Shown piece by piece: positions 29,456 to 38,112 of a stretch of DNA of 64,000 nucleotides. Source of the stretch: Candidatus Omnitrophota bacterium. Lineage in GTDB: Bacteria; Omnitrophota; Omnitrophia; Omnitrophales; Aquincolibacteriaceae. Each line of letters begins with the position of its first letter. The stretch's first letter is position 1. A program made the translations under genes and the position numbers. The stretch lies in contig JBDRCT010000033.1 of assembly GCA_043821445.1 (NCBI GenBank), forward strand, positions 5,391-69,390. The letters run 5' to 3'. The notes under the pieces were generated by a model. That model made no database searches and was not told the DNA's origin. It saw only the letters and a program-made list of their open reading frames with translations.

Positions 29456-31102
29456 TTAAAAGAGCTCCTTTGATCGTTCTGCAAAAAAACCTTCCGGCCA
29501 AGGCCTTAAAAATTCACCTTCCGCGTTAATCGGAATATGAATTATTTCGGATCCTTGCTTTCCTCTCTGAGCATATAAAACAGCCAGCTGTTCTGGTTTT
29601 AATGCAAACTCACCCTTAGATAACTCGCCATGCGTTGTCTCTCGGATGCGACGCAATAAACGGAGAATTAAATGTTCACTGTGCGTTTCGATTATAAAAT
29701 GATTGTTGCGTGGCTCTTTAATACTGCTGATGAGCAAATCTCCAAGATCGGCTTGTAGACGTGGGTGTATATGAACCTCGGGCTGCTCAATAGTTATAAC
29801 TTGTCTATCCGCTGCCAGACTTTGCACGATGAACGGAAGAATTTGGCTGATGCCAAATCCGACATCTTGAAGACAGACATCAACGCTCGGTTTTCTCAGG
29901 CTATCAACTAAACGAACTTCGAAAAGATCTTTAGCTCGTTTTGTTAGCGGAGAAACTTTTAGTTTATACCCAATTTCTAGCTGTTTCAGCCATTGATTGG
30001 TTTGTTTCAAAAGTTTTGGGTTCCTAAGCAAAAGATCGGGTAAGTGATCTCCTTTATATCCAACATTTTTTGGATTTGTACCCGTAAATATATACCACCG
30101 TTCCGGAGGCATCCTATAGGGCCCCAAGGGAAACACTTCCTGTAAATTATTTTGCAGTCCTCTTCCAATAATCGTGGCCATTCGTTCTAAGTCCAAATAA
30201 AATACCATATCAGTTTCATCCATCGTTCTGATGACATCTTGTTCGGGCAGCTCTTCGTTTGAAGAAAGTGGAATGCCAAATGGGATAAATCCGCTTAACC
30301 CTAGAATGGTTTTCACCTCTCGTTTTATTATTCTGTCTACAAATGCTTTATAATCAAAATTCCCGGAATAAAACTCAACGGCCGCATTGATCTCTTTTAT
30401 CCGTTTTTCGTAAATCTCGGAGCCCTCTTGCTCATCAACAATTCTTGAATCTTTCCTGCGCTGTTGAACTTTTAACGATCTTTGCAGCTCGGTAACGATT
30501 GTTTGAGCATTTGTTTTTGCATTTTTAAAAAAAGAATCCCATATTAAAGGATTGTCTGTAATCCAAGAACATTGGACGCCGCTAATATCCCTTTTTAATG
30601 TTTGCCGCTTTGATCGAGGAAAGAAGAGAAGTCCTCCCATTTCGTGTTGCTGTTCTGCTGTAAAGGTAATTGGAATAAGTTTTGCGAAATGCACGTCCTC
30701 ATTTTGGCAATACATATAAAGATCGATTTCTTTTAATTGCACTTCACTTTGTACTGAGCGTCGTTGAAATGACACCTTTATTCCACAGAGAGAAGATGGC
30801 CATTTTTTAACGTAACGCGTAGGCGGCATACTAAACCTTAAAAAGAATTTTAATTCTCTTTCTAAATCGTGATCAAATATCAACTCTTGAAAGCTTCCTA
30901 AATCAACCAGCCCATTTTCAGCTCGAGGCAATAATGTTGCATTGTCACGGTCTTCCACTGTTTGCTTCAATAAACTTATAGCCTGCAACACGGAGCTTTT
31001 GCCTGCACTATTCTGTCCAAAAATTAATGTTATGGGTGCAAATGGTATTCGAGTTCTTTCACCGAAAGCTTTGAAATTTTCAAGCTCCAATAATTCCAAC
31101 AT
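29456..31102 (-). CDS. ABC-type (AAA_21-like) ATPase with DUF3696-like C-terminus
   Basis: ENFKAF, GQNSAGKSS, DVGFGISQ, IEQPEVHIHP, ETHSEH, WPEGFF. Confidence 0.88.
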   Translation of the reverse strand: MLELLELENFKAFGERTRIPFAPITLIFGQNSAGKSSVLQAISLLKQTVEDRDNATLLPRAENGLVDLGSFQELIFDHDLERELKFFLRFSMPPTRYVKKWPSSLCGIKVSFQRRSVQSEVQLKEIDLYMYCQNEDVHFAKLIPITFTAEQQHEMGGLLFFPRSKRQTLKRDISGVQCSWITDNPLIWDSFFKNAKTNAQTIVTELQRSLKVQQRRKDSRIVDEQEGSEIYEKRIKEINAAVEFYSGNFDYKAFVDRIIKREVKTILGLSGFIPFGIPLSSNEELPEQDVIRTMDETDMVFYLDLERMATIIGRGLQNNLQEVFPLGPYRMPPERWYIFTGTNPKNVGYKGDHLPDLLLRNPKLLKQTNQWLKQLEIGYKLKVSPLTKRAKDLFEVRLVDSLRKPSVDVCLQDVGFGISQILPFIVQSLAADRQVITIEQPEVHIHPRLQADLGDLLISSIKEPRNNHFIIETHSEHLILRLLRRIRETTHGELSKGEFALKPEQLAVLYAQRGKQGSEIIHIPINAEGEFLRPWPEGFFAERSKELF

Positions 31103-31140
31103 AGGACACCTCTTTGTTTTGTAATAGGTACAGAAGGACT

Positions 31141-31166
31141 GGTGACAGTCACCTTTTGGGGGACAG
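31141..31166. repeat. right inverted repeat of the AT-rich cassette
   Basis: GGTGACAGTCACC-TTTTG-GGGGACAG. Confidence 0.75.
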
Positions 31167-31395
31167 TCATTCGCTAACGCGAACGGCATGTCCTTTTTCG
31201 ATGAGTTCGTTATTCAGATACAGATTGCTGCCGTTCTTTTGTTCTACGAAAACGTCACCCAGATATCGGTCGTACTTGTCGGACTTGACGGTTTTGATGG
31301 TTAGATAATCTACCCCTTTGAGGGTGGTTTCAACGAATTCCTTCGCTTCTATGCCGTCGCGGGTTTGGATCTCGGGGCAGTCGATACCGCGAACG
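31167..31395 (-). pseudogene. 5'-truncated thermonuclease (SNase) fragment
   Basis: RGIDCPE..KSDKYDRYLGDVF..LNNELIEKGHAV is paralogous to the 34331 C-terminus; lacks the DGDT motif. Confidence 0.75.
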
Positions 31396-31630
31396 GAAAT
31401 CGGAGGCGTTACTGCCAGTGCCAGGCTATTCCCCCACCCTAACTTTAGACTGCAGACCATAGACCATCACCAAACCCCATTGGTTTGGTGCACCTTACGT
31501 GCCTGCCCTCCGATTTATCCGCCAAAGCGGTGTGGCGGACGCTTCAGTGGCGGGTCCCCGAGGCAATGGAATAGCACCGTGGTGTACCTGGTACCTTTCT
31601 ATTAGAAGTGCTTTTCCTGCCTTTGGATAC

Positions 31631-31704
31631 GTTTAGCATATCTTAGTATCCGTTAGTATCCGGTTGCATCCGGTTGTATCGAAATTAGCATAATTCTAGC
31701 ATAG
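31631..31704. repeat. degenerate ~10-bp tandem repeat
   Basis: TCTTAGTATC/CGTTAGTATC/CGGTTGCATC/CGGTTGTATC and related units. Confidence 0.65.
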
Positions 31705-31878
31705 TAGGAGGATCGGAAGAACTCTGGCCCATTCTGGGACTGGATGACTCCCCGAACTGGCCGGAAACATCATCTTCAAACTTTGGGTCAGAGTCCGTTA
31801 TAACCCCATCGCCTTATTTACATTTTGTATCAAGAAAAAGTGGTCTATTAAAACTTATCTCGTCTGTTTATCTTTTAC

Positions 31879-34209
31879 TCAACCCCAATGTTTGTTGATG
31901 TAATCCTGAATTTCATAGTAGAGGGCCTTCAAGTTTTTGCTGTTTTCTTTGGGCAAAGGAGCCGAAAGGCCCGTCTTCATCGGAATCGAACCGCGCCATA
32001 CATCACTTAAAGTCTGAATGGCAAGATCAATCACGTCCTTATCTTTATTCTTTACTACCAAATGATCACCCTCGACCGTTCCAAGCTTTAAACACGGCAC
32101 GGAATGTTTGGCTGCGATTTTTTCAAACTCGGCGAGATCCTCTGGGTTCACCGTTACCAGAATGCGCGACGGGGCTTCGCCAAATAAAATTTCATCGAGC
32201 CGGTTGCCTTTTTGAAAAAGTGCTTCTACTTGAATTCTGGCTCCGCGCATTTCCTTTTTGTTGCTGATACAGGATTCCGCCACACAGACGGCAAGGCCGC
32301 CTTCTGACGGATCGTGCGCGCTTTTTACCAATCCAGCCTGAATCGTTTCAAGACACGCCGTTTGAACCTTTTTCTCAAACTCGATATCGATCTCGGGATT
32401 ACCCCTCTTTTGTTTGTGGATCCGGTAAAGATACTCACTGCCCGCCAGGCTGCCTGAGGGGTTCCCCAACAATACGATCACGTCACTTTCCTTTTTGAAA
32501 TCCTGCGTGACATATTTCGTGGCGTCCTCGATCAAACCGACCATACCGACCATCGGCGTCGGATCCACCACCCCCTTGGGATTTTCATTGTAAAAACTCA
32601 CATTACCACTGATCACAGGCGTCTCTAAAGCGCGGCAGGCCGCCGAGAGTCCTTCGATGCACTTCTTGAACTGCCAGTAATTTTCGGGTTTCATGGGATT
32701 TCCGAAATTAAGGCCGTCAGTGATCGCCAGCGGCTGACCTCCGGAACAAATAACATTTCGTGCCGCTTCGGCTACAGCGAGCATGGCTCCCCGGTAGGGG
32801 TTCAAATAACAATAGCGGCCGTTGCAATCTACGCTGATAGCAAGCGCTTTGCGGGTTCCTTTGACCGAAATAACTGCGGCATCCGATCCCGCACCCACGA
32901 GGACGGCTTCCTTATCCCGGAACGTAAAACTCTGATAAGCAGCTTCTTTGCTGGCGATCGTGGGGGAATCAAGAAGCGCAAGCAATACGGTATTGCAATC
33001 TTCGGGCCCCGGGATTTTCTCAAGTGCCAAGCTCTGAGCTTCTTTTAAATAAGCGGGCTCCTGGTCTGGGCGATCGTAAAGCGGCGCGTTTTCCGTAAGT
33101 GCCTTGGCCGGCACTTCAGCCACGACCTTCCCTTTTTCTTTTATGCGGACCATGCCGTCCGGCGTTACGGATCCGATCTTCGCGACAGGAACGTCCCATT
33201 TCTTCAGAACTTCGATCGCCTCGTTTTCTTTTCCTTCTTTCAGGATCGCAAGCATCCGCTCCTGCGATTCGGAGAGAAGAATTTCATAGGGCGTCATCTT
33301 TGATTCGCGCTGCGGGACCAATGCAACGTCGAACTCGATCCCTGTGTTTCCTCGCGAAGCTGTTTCGCAAGTTGAACAAATAAGTCCTGCGGCACCCATG
33401 TCCTGCATCCCGACCACAAGTCCTTTTTCGATCAACTCAAGGCAGGCCTCTCTTAAGCGTTTGCCGAGTTCGGGATTGCCGATCGCCACCGCGCCCGAAG
33501 AAGATGAAGATTCTTCCGTGATTTCCTGGGAAGCAAAACTCGCGCCTCCCACTCCGTCGCGGCCCGTATCCCCGCCGATATAGTAAACCGCTTTCCCGGC
33601 GCCGACCGTCGTTCCGTGTATGATATTTTTTTGCTCCACAATCCCGATGACGAAGGCGTTCACCAAGGGGTTCCCCTCGTAACTTTCGTCAAAATAGGTT
33701 TCCCCGCCTACGGCATTGACTTCCGCCTTGTTGGCGTAATGCGCAAGTCCTCGGATGACTTCTTTAAACAGGTGTTTTACCTTTTCATTTTCGAGACTGC
33801 CAAAGCGGAGAGCGCCTAAAACCGCAATCGGCTTCGCGCCCATAGTAAAAATATCCCGCAGGCATCCGCCGATCCCGGTAGCCGAAGCCTCGAAGGGTTC
33901 GACTGCGGAAGGATGATTATGGGACTCGATCTTGAACGCAACGCCCATCCCGTCCCCGATATCCACAATGCCCGTATTTTCTTCGCCGGCACCGACCAGC
34001 ACCTGCTTCCCCTTGGTGGGGAAAAGTCTGAAAAGTTTTTTGGAATTTTTATAGCTGCAATGCTCCGACCACATGGCGGAAAAAAGTCCGAGCTCCGTAA
34101 AATTAGGGTCGCGTCCGAGTAGTTTTTGGATCATGATATATTCTTCTTTCGTGAGACCCAGCTTCTCCGCTAAACTTGCATCTGCCTTAACTTCGGTATT
34201 TGTTGTCAT
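31879..34209 (-). CDS. purL: phosphoribosylformylglycinamidine synthase subunit PurL
   Basis: WSEHCSYK, ESHNHPS, QDMGAAG, SESQERM, SGNVSFYN. Confidence 0.96.
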   Translation of the reverse strand: MTTNTEVKADASLAEKLGLTKEEYIMIQKLLGRDPNFTELGLFSAMWSEHCSYKNSKKLFRLFPTKGKQVLVGAGEENTGIVDIGDGMGVAFKIESHNHPSAVEPFEASATGIGGCLRDIFTMGAKPIAVLGALRFGSLENEKVKHLFKEVIRGLAHYANKAEVNAVGGETYFDESYEGNPLVNAFVIGIVEQKNIIHGTTVGAGKAVYYIGGDTGRDGVGGASFASQEITEESSSSSGAVAIGNPELGKRLREACLELIEKGLVVGMQDMGAAGLICSTCETASRGNTGIEFDVALVPQRESKMTPYEILLSESQERMLAILKEGKENEAIEVLKKWDVPVAKIGSVTPDGMVRIKEKGKVVAEVPAKALTENAPLYDRPDQEPAYLKEAQSLALEKIPGPEDCNTVLLALLDSPTIASKEAAYQSFTFRDKEAVLVGAGSDAAVISVKGTRKALAISVDCNGRYCYLNPYRGAMLAVAEAARNVICSGGQPLAITDGLNFGNPMKPENYWQFKKCIEGLSAACRALETPVISGNVSFYNENPKGVVDPTPMVGMVGLIEDATKYVTQDFKKESDVIVLLGNPSGSLAGSEYLYRIHKQKRGNPEIDIEFEKKVQTACLETIQAGLVKSAHDPSEGGLAVCVAESCISNKKEMRGARIQVEALFQKGNRLDEILFGEAPSRILVTVNPEDLAEFEKIAAKHSVPCLKLGTVEGDHLVVKNKDKDVIDLAIQTLSDVWRGSIPMKTGLSAPLPKENSKNLKALYYEIQDYINKHWG

Positions 34210-34330
34210 GGTTCGTTCTCCTTTGCACAAAAGTAGGCGTCCTACGCATGGACACCCTAGTTTTTAATTATTCCCTCACCCTGACGGCACTTGTACCTTT
34301 GTACAAGTACGGCAGAGTCACTCTTTAGTG

Positions 34331-35554
34331 TCAATCGTGTACCCTGACCGCCAACCCTTTTTCTAAAAGTTCGTTATTAAGGTAGACCTCTTGCCCTTTA
34401 GCGTCAATAAGGAAGACATCCGCGAGGTAGCGGTCGTATTTATCTGATTTGACGGTCCTTATCAGAACCGGAGTAGCAGAGAGGCCGGAGGCAAGAGGCA
34501 GAGATCTTTCTTGTTTCTTTGTCTCTGTGCTTCTCAGCTTCTGTTCTACGAACTCTTTGGCTTCTTTACCTTCTTTGCTTTCGATCTCAGGGCAGTCAAT
34601 GCCGCGAAGGCGCAGGGTCTGAACACTACGCACGCCAAAGCCAAGATCGATAACGGCTTCGATCGTGTCGCCGTCGAGAACGCGGGACACCCAGGCGTGG
34701 TAAGTATAGAGGTCCTCAGAGGTCCGATGCGAGAGTCTGATCAGGTCCGAAGGCGACGAGCCCGCTTCCGGGAACGCTGGCTTCACTTCGATGATGGCCT
34801 CTTCCTTGAAACGGAGGTCTTTGGACGTTCTGTAATAATTGGAGAACCCGAGGTCAATGACCACCTTCCCGGTCTCAGGGCCCGCGGTGGCCTTGACCAT
34901 CTTGTAAGTCCCGGGCTTCCCGGGCTTGGCCGTGAGCGGGGTCTCTTCTTCCGGTGCTTGCGTTTCATTCCTTGCAGCTTTGCGCTTTTTCACTTCTTCA
35001 CGAAGCTTTCTGACCGGCCATTTTTCTTTGGAAGCAAGCGCTTCGACTTCTTCTCTTTCCTGGGTGTCATTGAGAGCAAGAAGTGATTCATAATGACCCC
35101 ACGTCAATTCATCGGACGTCCGATAAATCGGGTAGGTACGGGCAAATTGAAGCATGTACCGGAGCTCGGTTTCGCTGGTCCCCAGGTCCCCGGCCAATCG
35201 GACGAGGGTCCGGTCCGCATAATCCGCACGCTCTTTATGTTGAAGGACATGTTCGTCGATGAGTTTGCCGGTTTCCCAAGCCTCCCGGACCTTCTCCTGC
35301 TCCACAGCTTTTTCGACCCGGGCCTGGCTCTCCGAGCGCACCCCGCGGATCGCGGCCACCAGCTGATCGTAAGTCCCAACCTTTGACCCTTCATTCCAGA
35401 CCGGGTCTGGAATGGGTATCGCGTCCTCGGCCTGCAAAGACGGAGCCACAAGGATCATCATGAGGAAAACAGCGAGGGCACCAATCCCCAGTCCCACAGG
35501 GACTGCTGGGGAACGCTGTAGATTGGTACTGCGATCTGGGATCGTCTTTTTCAT
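34331..35554 (-). CDS. DUF1016_N (YhcG-N)-like plus thermonuclease fusion with N-terminal signal/TM
   Basis: WETGKLI..LTWGHY..W helical domain; VLDGDT, RLRGIDCPE, DKYDRYLA. Confidence 0.8.
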   Translation of the reverse strand: MKKTIPDRSTNLQRSPAVPVGLGIGALAVFLMMILVAPSLQAEDAIPIPDPVWNEGSKVGTYDQLVAAIRGVRSESQARVEKAVEQEKVREAWETGKLIDEHVLQHKERADYADRTLVRLAGDLGTSETELRYMLQFARTYPIYRTSDELTWGHYESLLALNDTQEREEVEALASKEKWPVRKLREEVKKRKAARNETQAPEEETPLTAKPGKPGTYKMVKATAGPETGKVVIDLGFSNYYRTSKDLRFKEEAIIEVKPAFPEAGSSPSDLIRLSHRTSEDLYTYHAWVSRVLDGDTIEAVIDLGFGVRSVQTLRLRGIDCPEIESKEGKEAKEFVEQKLRSTETKKQERSLPLASGLSATPVLIRTVKSDKYDRYLADVFLIDAKGQEVYLNNELLEKGLAVRVHD

Positions 35555-35669
35555 CGCGAAGGACCCTTCCTTTTTTTCAAGCGCAACGCTCAACGGGCAA
35601 CGCACAACGCCGGCCGACAAGAAGGTAAAAACTAAAAACCCAGATTCAGAGCCAGGCTTTGAATTTCCT

Positions 35670-36050
35670 TTAAGCCCCGACCAGGGGGATCTCTTTTTCG
35701 ATCTTGAAAATGACAAGATAACGGTCCTTGCCGTCCGATTCTTTTTCTTCATTGCAGAGACAGCTGCGGCGCATCGTCTTGATGCGCTCGGAATTTTTTT
35801 CGTCGGAGATCTTCTTCAAAAAGAGCCTCTTCCCCTGGTACATCCCCTGGGTTTCGATAAAAAGATAAGCTGCCTGAGGATTGGACTGAAGATTGTGGTG
35901 CGTCAGGCGGTCCGCCATGATGAAAGCAAGCGTCCCGTCCTCAAGCATGTGGGGCCGCGCGTAAAGCGCCGCGTCCACCTTGCCGGAGCTGTCCGCCGTT
36001 GCAAGCACGCCGGTGCCTTTTGTTTTTTCGAAATATTCACGAAGGTCCAT
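35670..36050 (-). CDS. pyridoxamine 5'-phosphate oxidase family protein
   Basis: GVLATADSSGKVDAALYARPH, NLQSNP; SD GGAGG. Confidence 0.85.
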   Translation of the reverse strand: MDLREYFEKTKGTGVLATADSSGKVDAALYARPHMLEDGTLAFIMADRLTHHNLQSNPQAAYLFIETQGMYQGKRLFLKKISDEKNSERIKTMRRSCLCNEEKESDGKDRYLVIFKIEKEIPLVGA

Positions 36051-36100
36051 GGGTGCCTCCTGAGAAATGGGTTGAGAATTAAAGCCATGCGCGAATATTT

Positions 36101-36175
36101 CCCTCTCCCTTGGGAGAGGGTCAGGGTGAGGGTTGCTCCCCCTCATCCCATCCTTCTCCCTGAGGGAGAAGGAGA
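36101..36175. repeat. CCCTCTCCC-type REP-like doublet
   Basis: CCCTCTCCCTTGGGAGAGGGTCAGGGTGAGGG plus inverted degenerate copy CCCTCATCCCATCCTTCTCCCTGAGGGAGAAGG. Confidence 0.75.
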
Positions 36176-38029
36176 TTAATTGATATTGGAATGTAACCCG
36201 CCGGAACCGGCGCGGAAATCGACGTTCGTAAGATCGCATCCCTCTTCGCGCGCGTAGGCGCAATTCCAGAGGCAGGCCGCACAGTGGATGCATTTCTCGC
36301 GGTCAAAGAGGGGCACCCCGCCGTCGGAACCCGCGGTGATGGCCTGGCCGGAGCACATTTCGATGCAGATCTTGGTGCGGCATTTCTGGCACTTGCCGGC
36401 ATCCATGAAAATGATGTGGTCCGCATACCCGTCCGCGGCCTGGACTTTCCCGCCCAAAAGCAGCGCATCCTGGTGGGAGACCAAAAGCTTGCCGTCGTAT
36501 GGGATCTTGGGCCACCCGGCAGCGTCCATCAAAGCGTCATGCATCGAAGTATTCGTCTCGTTCGCTTCCTTGCAGGCTTTTTCGATCACTTCCGGAGTGA
36601 CCTTGCCTTTGTAATATTTTTCGAGCGAAGGGACCCGCGCGTAAACAGGTTTGAGTGTCGCGGGAATATTAAGGAGCCCGTTCGTGAACCCCGCCATTCC
36701 CATTCCCATCATCCCGAGCACAAAATTATGGCTGAAACCGTCGCGTGCTTTCTCGGCGATCTTGTTATCTTTCTCGACCCAGCTCGAGCGGCGGGCCTTT
36801 AAATACGTTGCTTCAAGATTTTCCTTGGTGAAAGGTTTCTTCTCTTTCAAAAGCCGGACCATGCCTTCTGCAAGCTGAACGCCTGTCGTCCAGGCCTCAT
36901 CGACCCCGGAGCCTTTGAGCATATTCGTACTGCCGGAACCTTCGCCGATACGGGCGAATCCGTCGCCCACGATGAAAGGCTCGCCGCGCTTGCCGGCTTC
37001 CTGAAGGCTCTTTCCGCCCCAGGACTTCAACGTCGCGCCCTCGAGATGTTTCCAGAGCTTGGGGTGCTGCATCCAATGCTGAAGATAACGGTAGGCCGAG
37101 CGCATCGGGTTATCGAGCCAGGACGGGACAAAAATACCGAGGGACGCCATCCGGTTGGGATAGACATAAAGAAAACCGAAGATCTCCGGCTCCGGAAAGC
37201 CGAACGTGTGAATGACGGTGCCCGGTTCGAGTTGGGTATTCTCAGGAAGTTCCACCACGGCCTTCATCCCGAGCGCCCACTCGCGCTGATGATTTCCTTC
37301 CGGGAGTCCGAGCTTCGTATCCAGGTTCTGCCCCACGGGCCCGTAAGGCCCGTCCCCGATCACGGTGAATCCCGCGTGAATATCCATACCGGGCATAAAA
37401 GACCCGGTGGGTTTCCCGGATTTCTCAACACCCTGGTCCGCGAGCCTGACCCCGGCCACACGATTGCTGTCAAAAAGCGGTTCCTTCACAGGCATCCCGG
37501 GCCACACCTGGACAAGCCCCGAGCCCATGAGATTCGACCCGAGCCACTGCGTGAACTGGCCCATGGAAAGCACCCACCCGCCGTGTTTGGCCATAAAAGG
37601 CGGGATAAAAGGGAGCCGGAACGCGTGATCTTTATACCAGGGAAGGATGAAACCGAAGGTGCGGAAAAACCAGTCGACGAGTTTTAAGACCCAGGAACGA
37701 CGGCTCGCGCCCACGGGATCGAGAAGATAATAGACCTCTTCATGCTTCACGGGATGCGCCATCGGGATCTGGGCAAGTTCCTCGGCCGTGAACGCGGCCT
37801 TGATCCCCTTCGCCTCGGTCACGATCCCTGAAACGCCGAACCCGATATCATCGGAGCGTTCATAACAGATCACCTGAAGCGGCATGCCGGGCATGGCCTT
37901 GCTTTGGAAATGTTCGGCCGCGGGGTCTTCCGCCATGGCCTTCGCGAGTGTGTGAAGAAATCCCGCGCTCGCCGGCCCGAACCCTACGCAAACAACATCC
38001 ACATCCATCTTCTGACGTTCAACGGTCAT
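36176..38029 (-). CDS. FAD oxidoreductase with C-terminal 4Fe-4S domain (ETF-QO/FixCX-like)
   Basis: VGFGPA FAD motif, CQKC..C..CSGQ, KCIHCAACLWNC. Confidence 0.85.
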   Translation of the reverse strand: MTVERQKMDVDVVCVGFGPASAGFLHTLAKAMAEDPAAEHFQSKAMPGMPLQVICYERSDDIGFGVSGIVTEAKGIKAAFTAEELAQIPMAHPVKHEEVYYLLDPVGASRRSWVLKLVDWFFRTFGFILPWYKDHAFRLPFIPPFMAKHGGWVLSMGQFTQWLGSNLMGSGLVQVWPGMPVKEPLFDSNRVAGVRLADQGVEKSGKPTGSFMPGMDIHAGFTVIGDGPYGPVGQNLDTKLGLPEGNHQREWALGMKAVVELPENTQLEPGTVIHTFGFPEPEIFGFLYVYPNRMASLGIFVPSWLDNPMRSAYRYLQHWMQHPKLWKHLEGATLKSWGGKSLQEAGKRGEPFIVGDGFARIGEGSGSTNMLKGSGVDEAWTTGVQLAEGMVRLLKEKKPFTKENLEATYLKARRSSWVEKDNKIAEKARDGFSHNFVLGMMGMGMAGFTNGLLNIPATLKPVYARVPSLEKYYKGKVTPEVIEKACKEANETNTSMHDALMDAAGWPKIPYDGKLLVSHQDALLLGGKVQAADGYADHIIFMDAGKCQKCRTKICIEMCSGQAITAGSDGGVPLFDREKCIHCAACLWNCAYAREEGCDLTNVDFRAGSGGLHSNIN

Positions 38030-38050
38030 AGGAAAACCTCATTGGTAGCT

Positions 38051-38107
38051 CAACGCACAACGCGCAACGCTATGTTTTTGCGTTGACCGTTGAGCGTTGT
38101 ACGTTGC
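38051..38107. repeat. heptamer-repeat hairpin (CAACGCN)3 / (NCGTTGN)4
   Basis: Read directly; same unit at 35583-35610. Confidence 0.7.
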
Positions 38108-38112
38108 GCTTG

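Noticed and set aside
27884-35554. Prophage or ICE
   Set aside because: No integrase, structural or conjugation genes, and no att/tRNA site, were seen.
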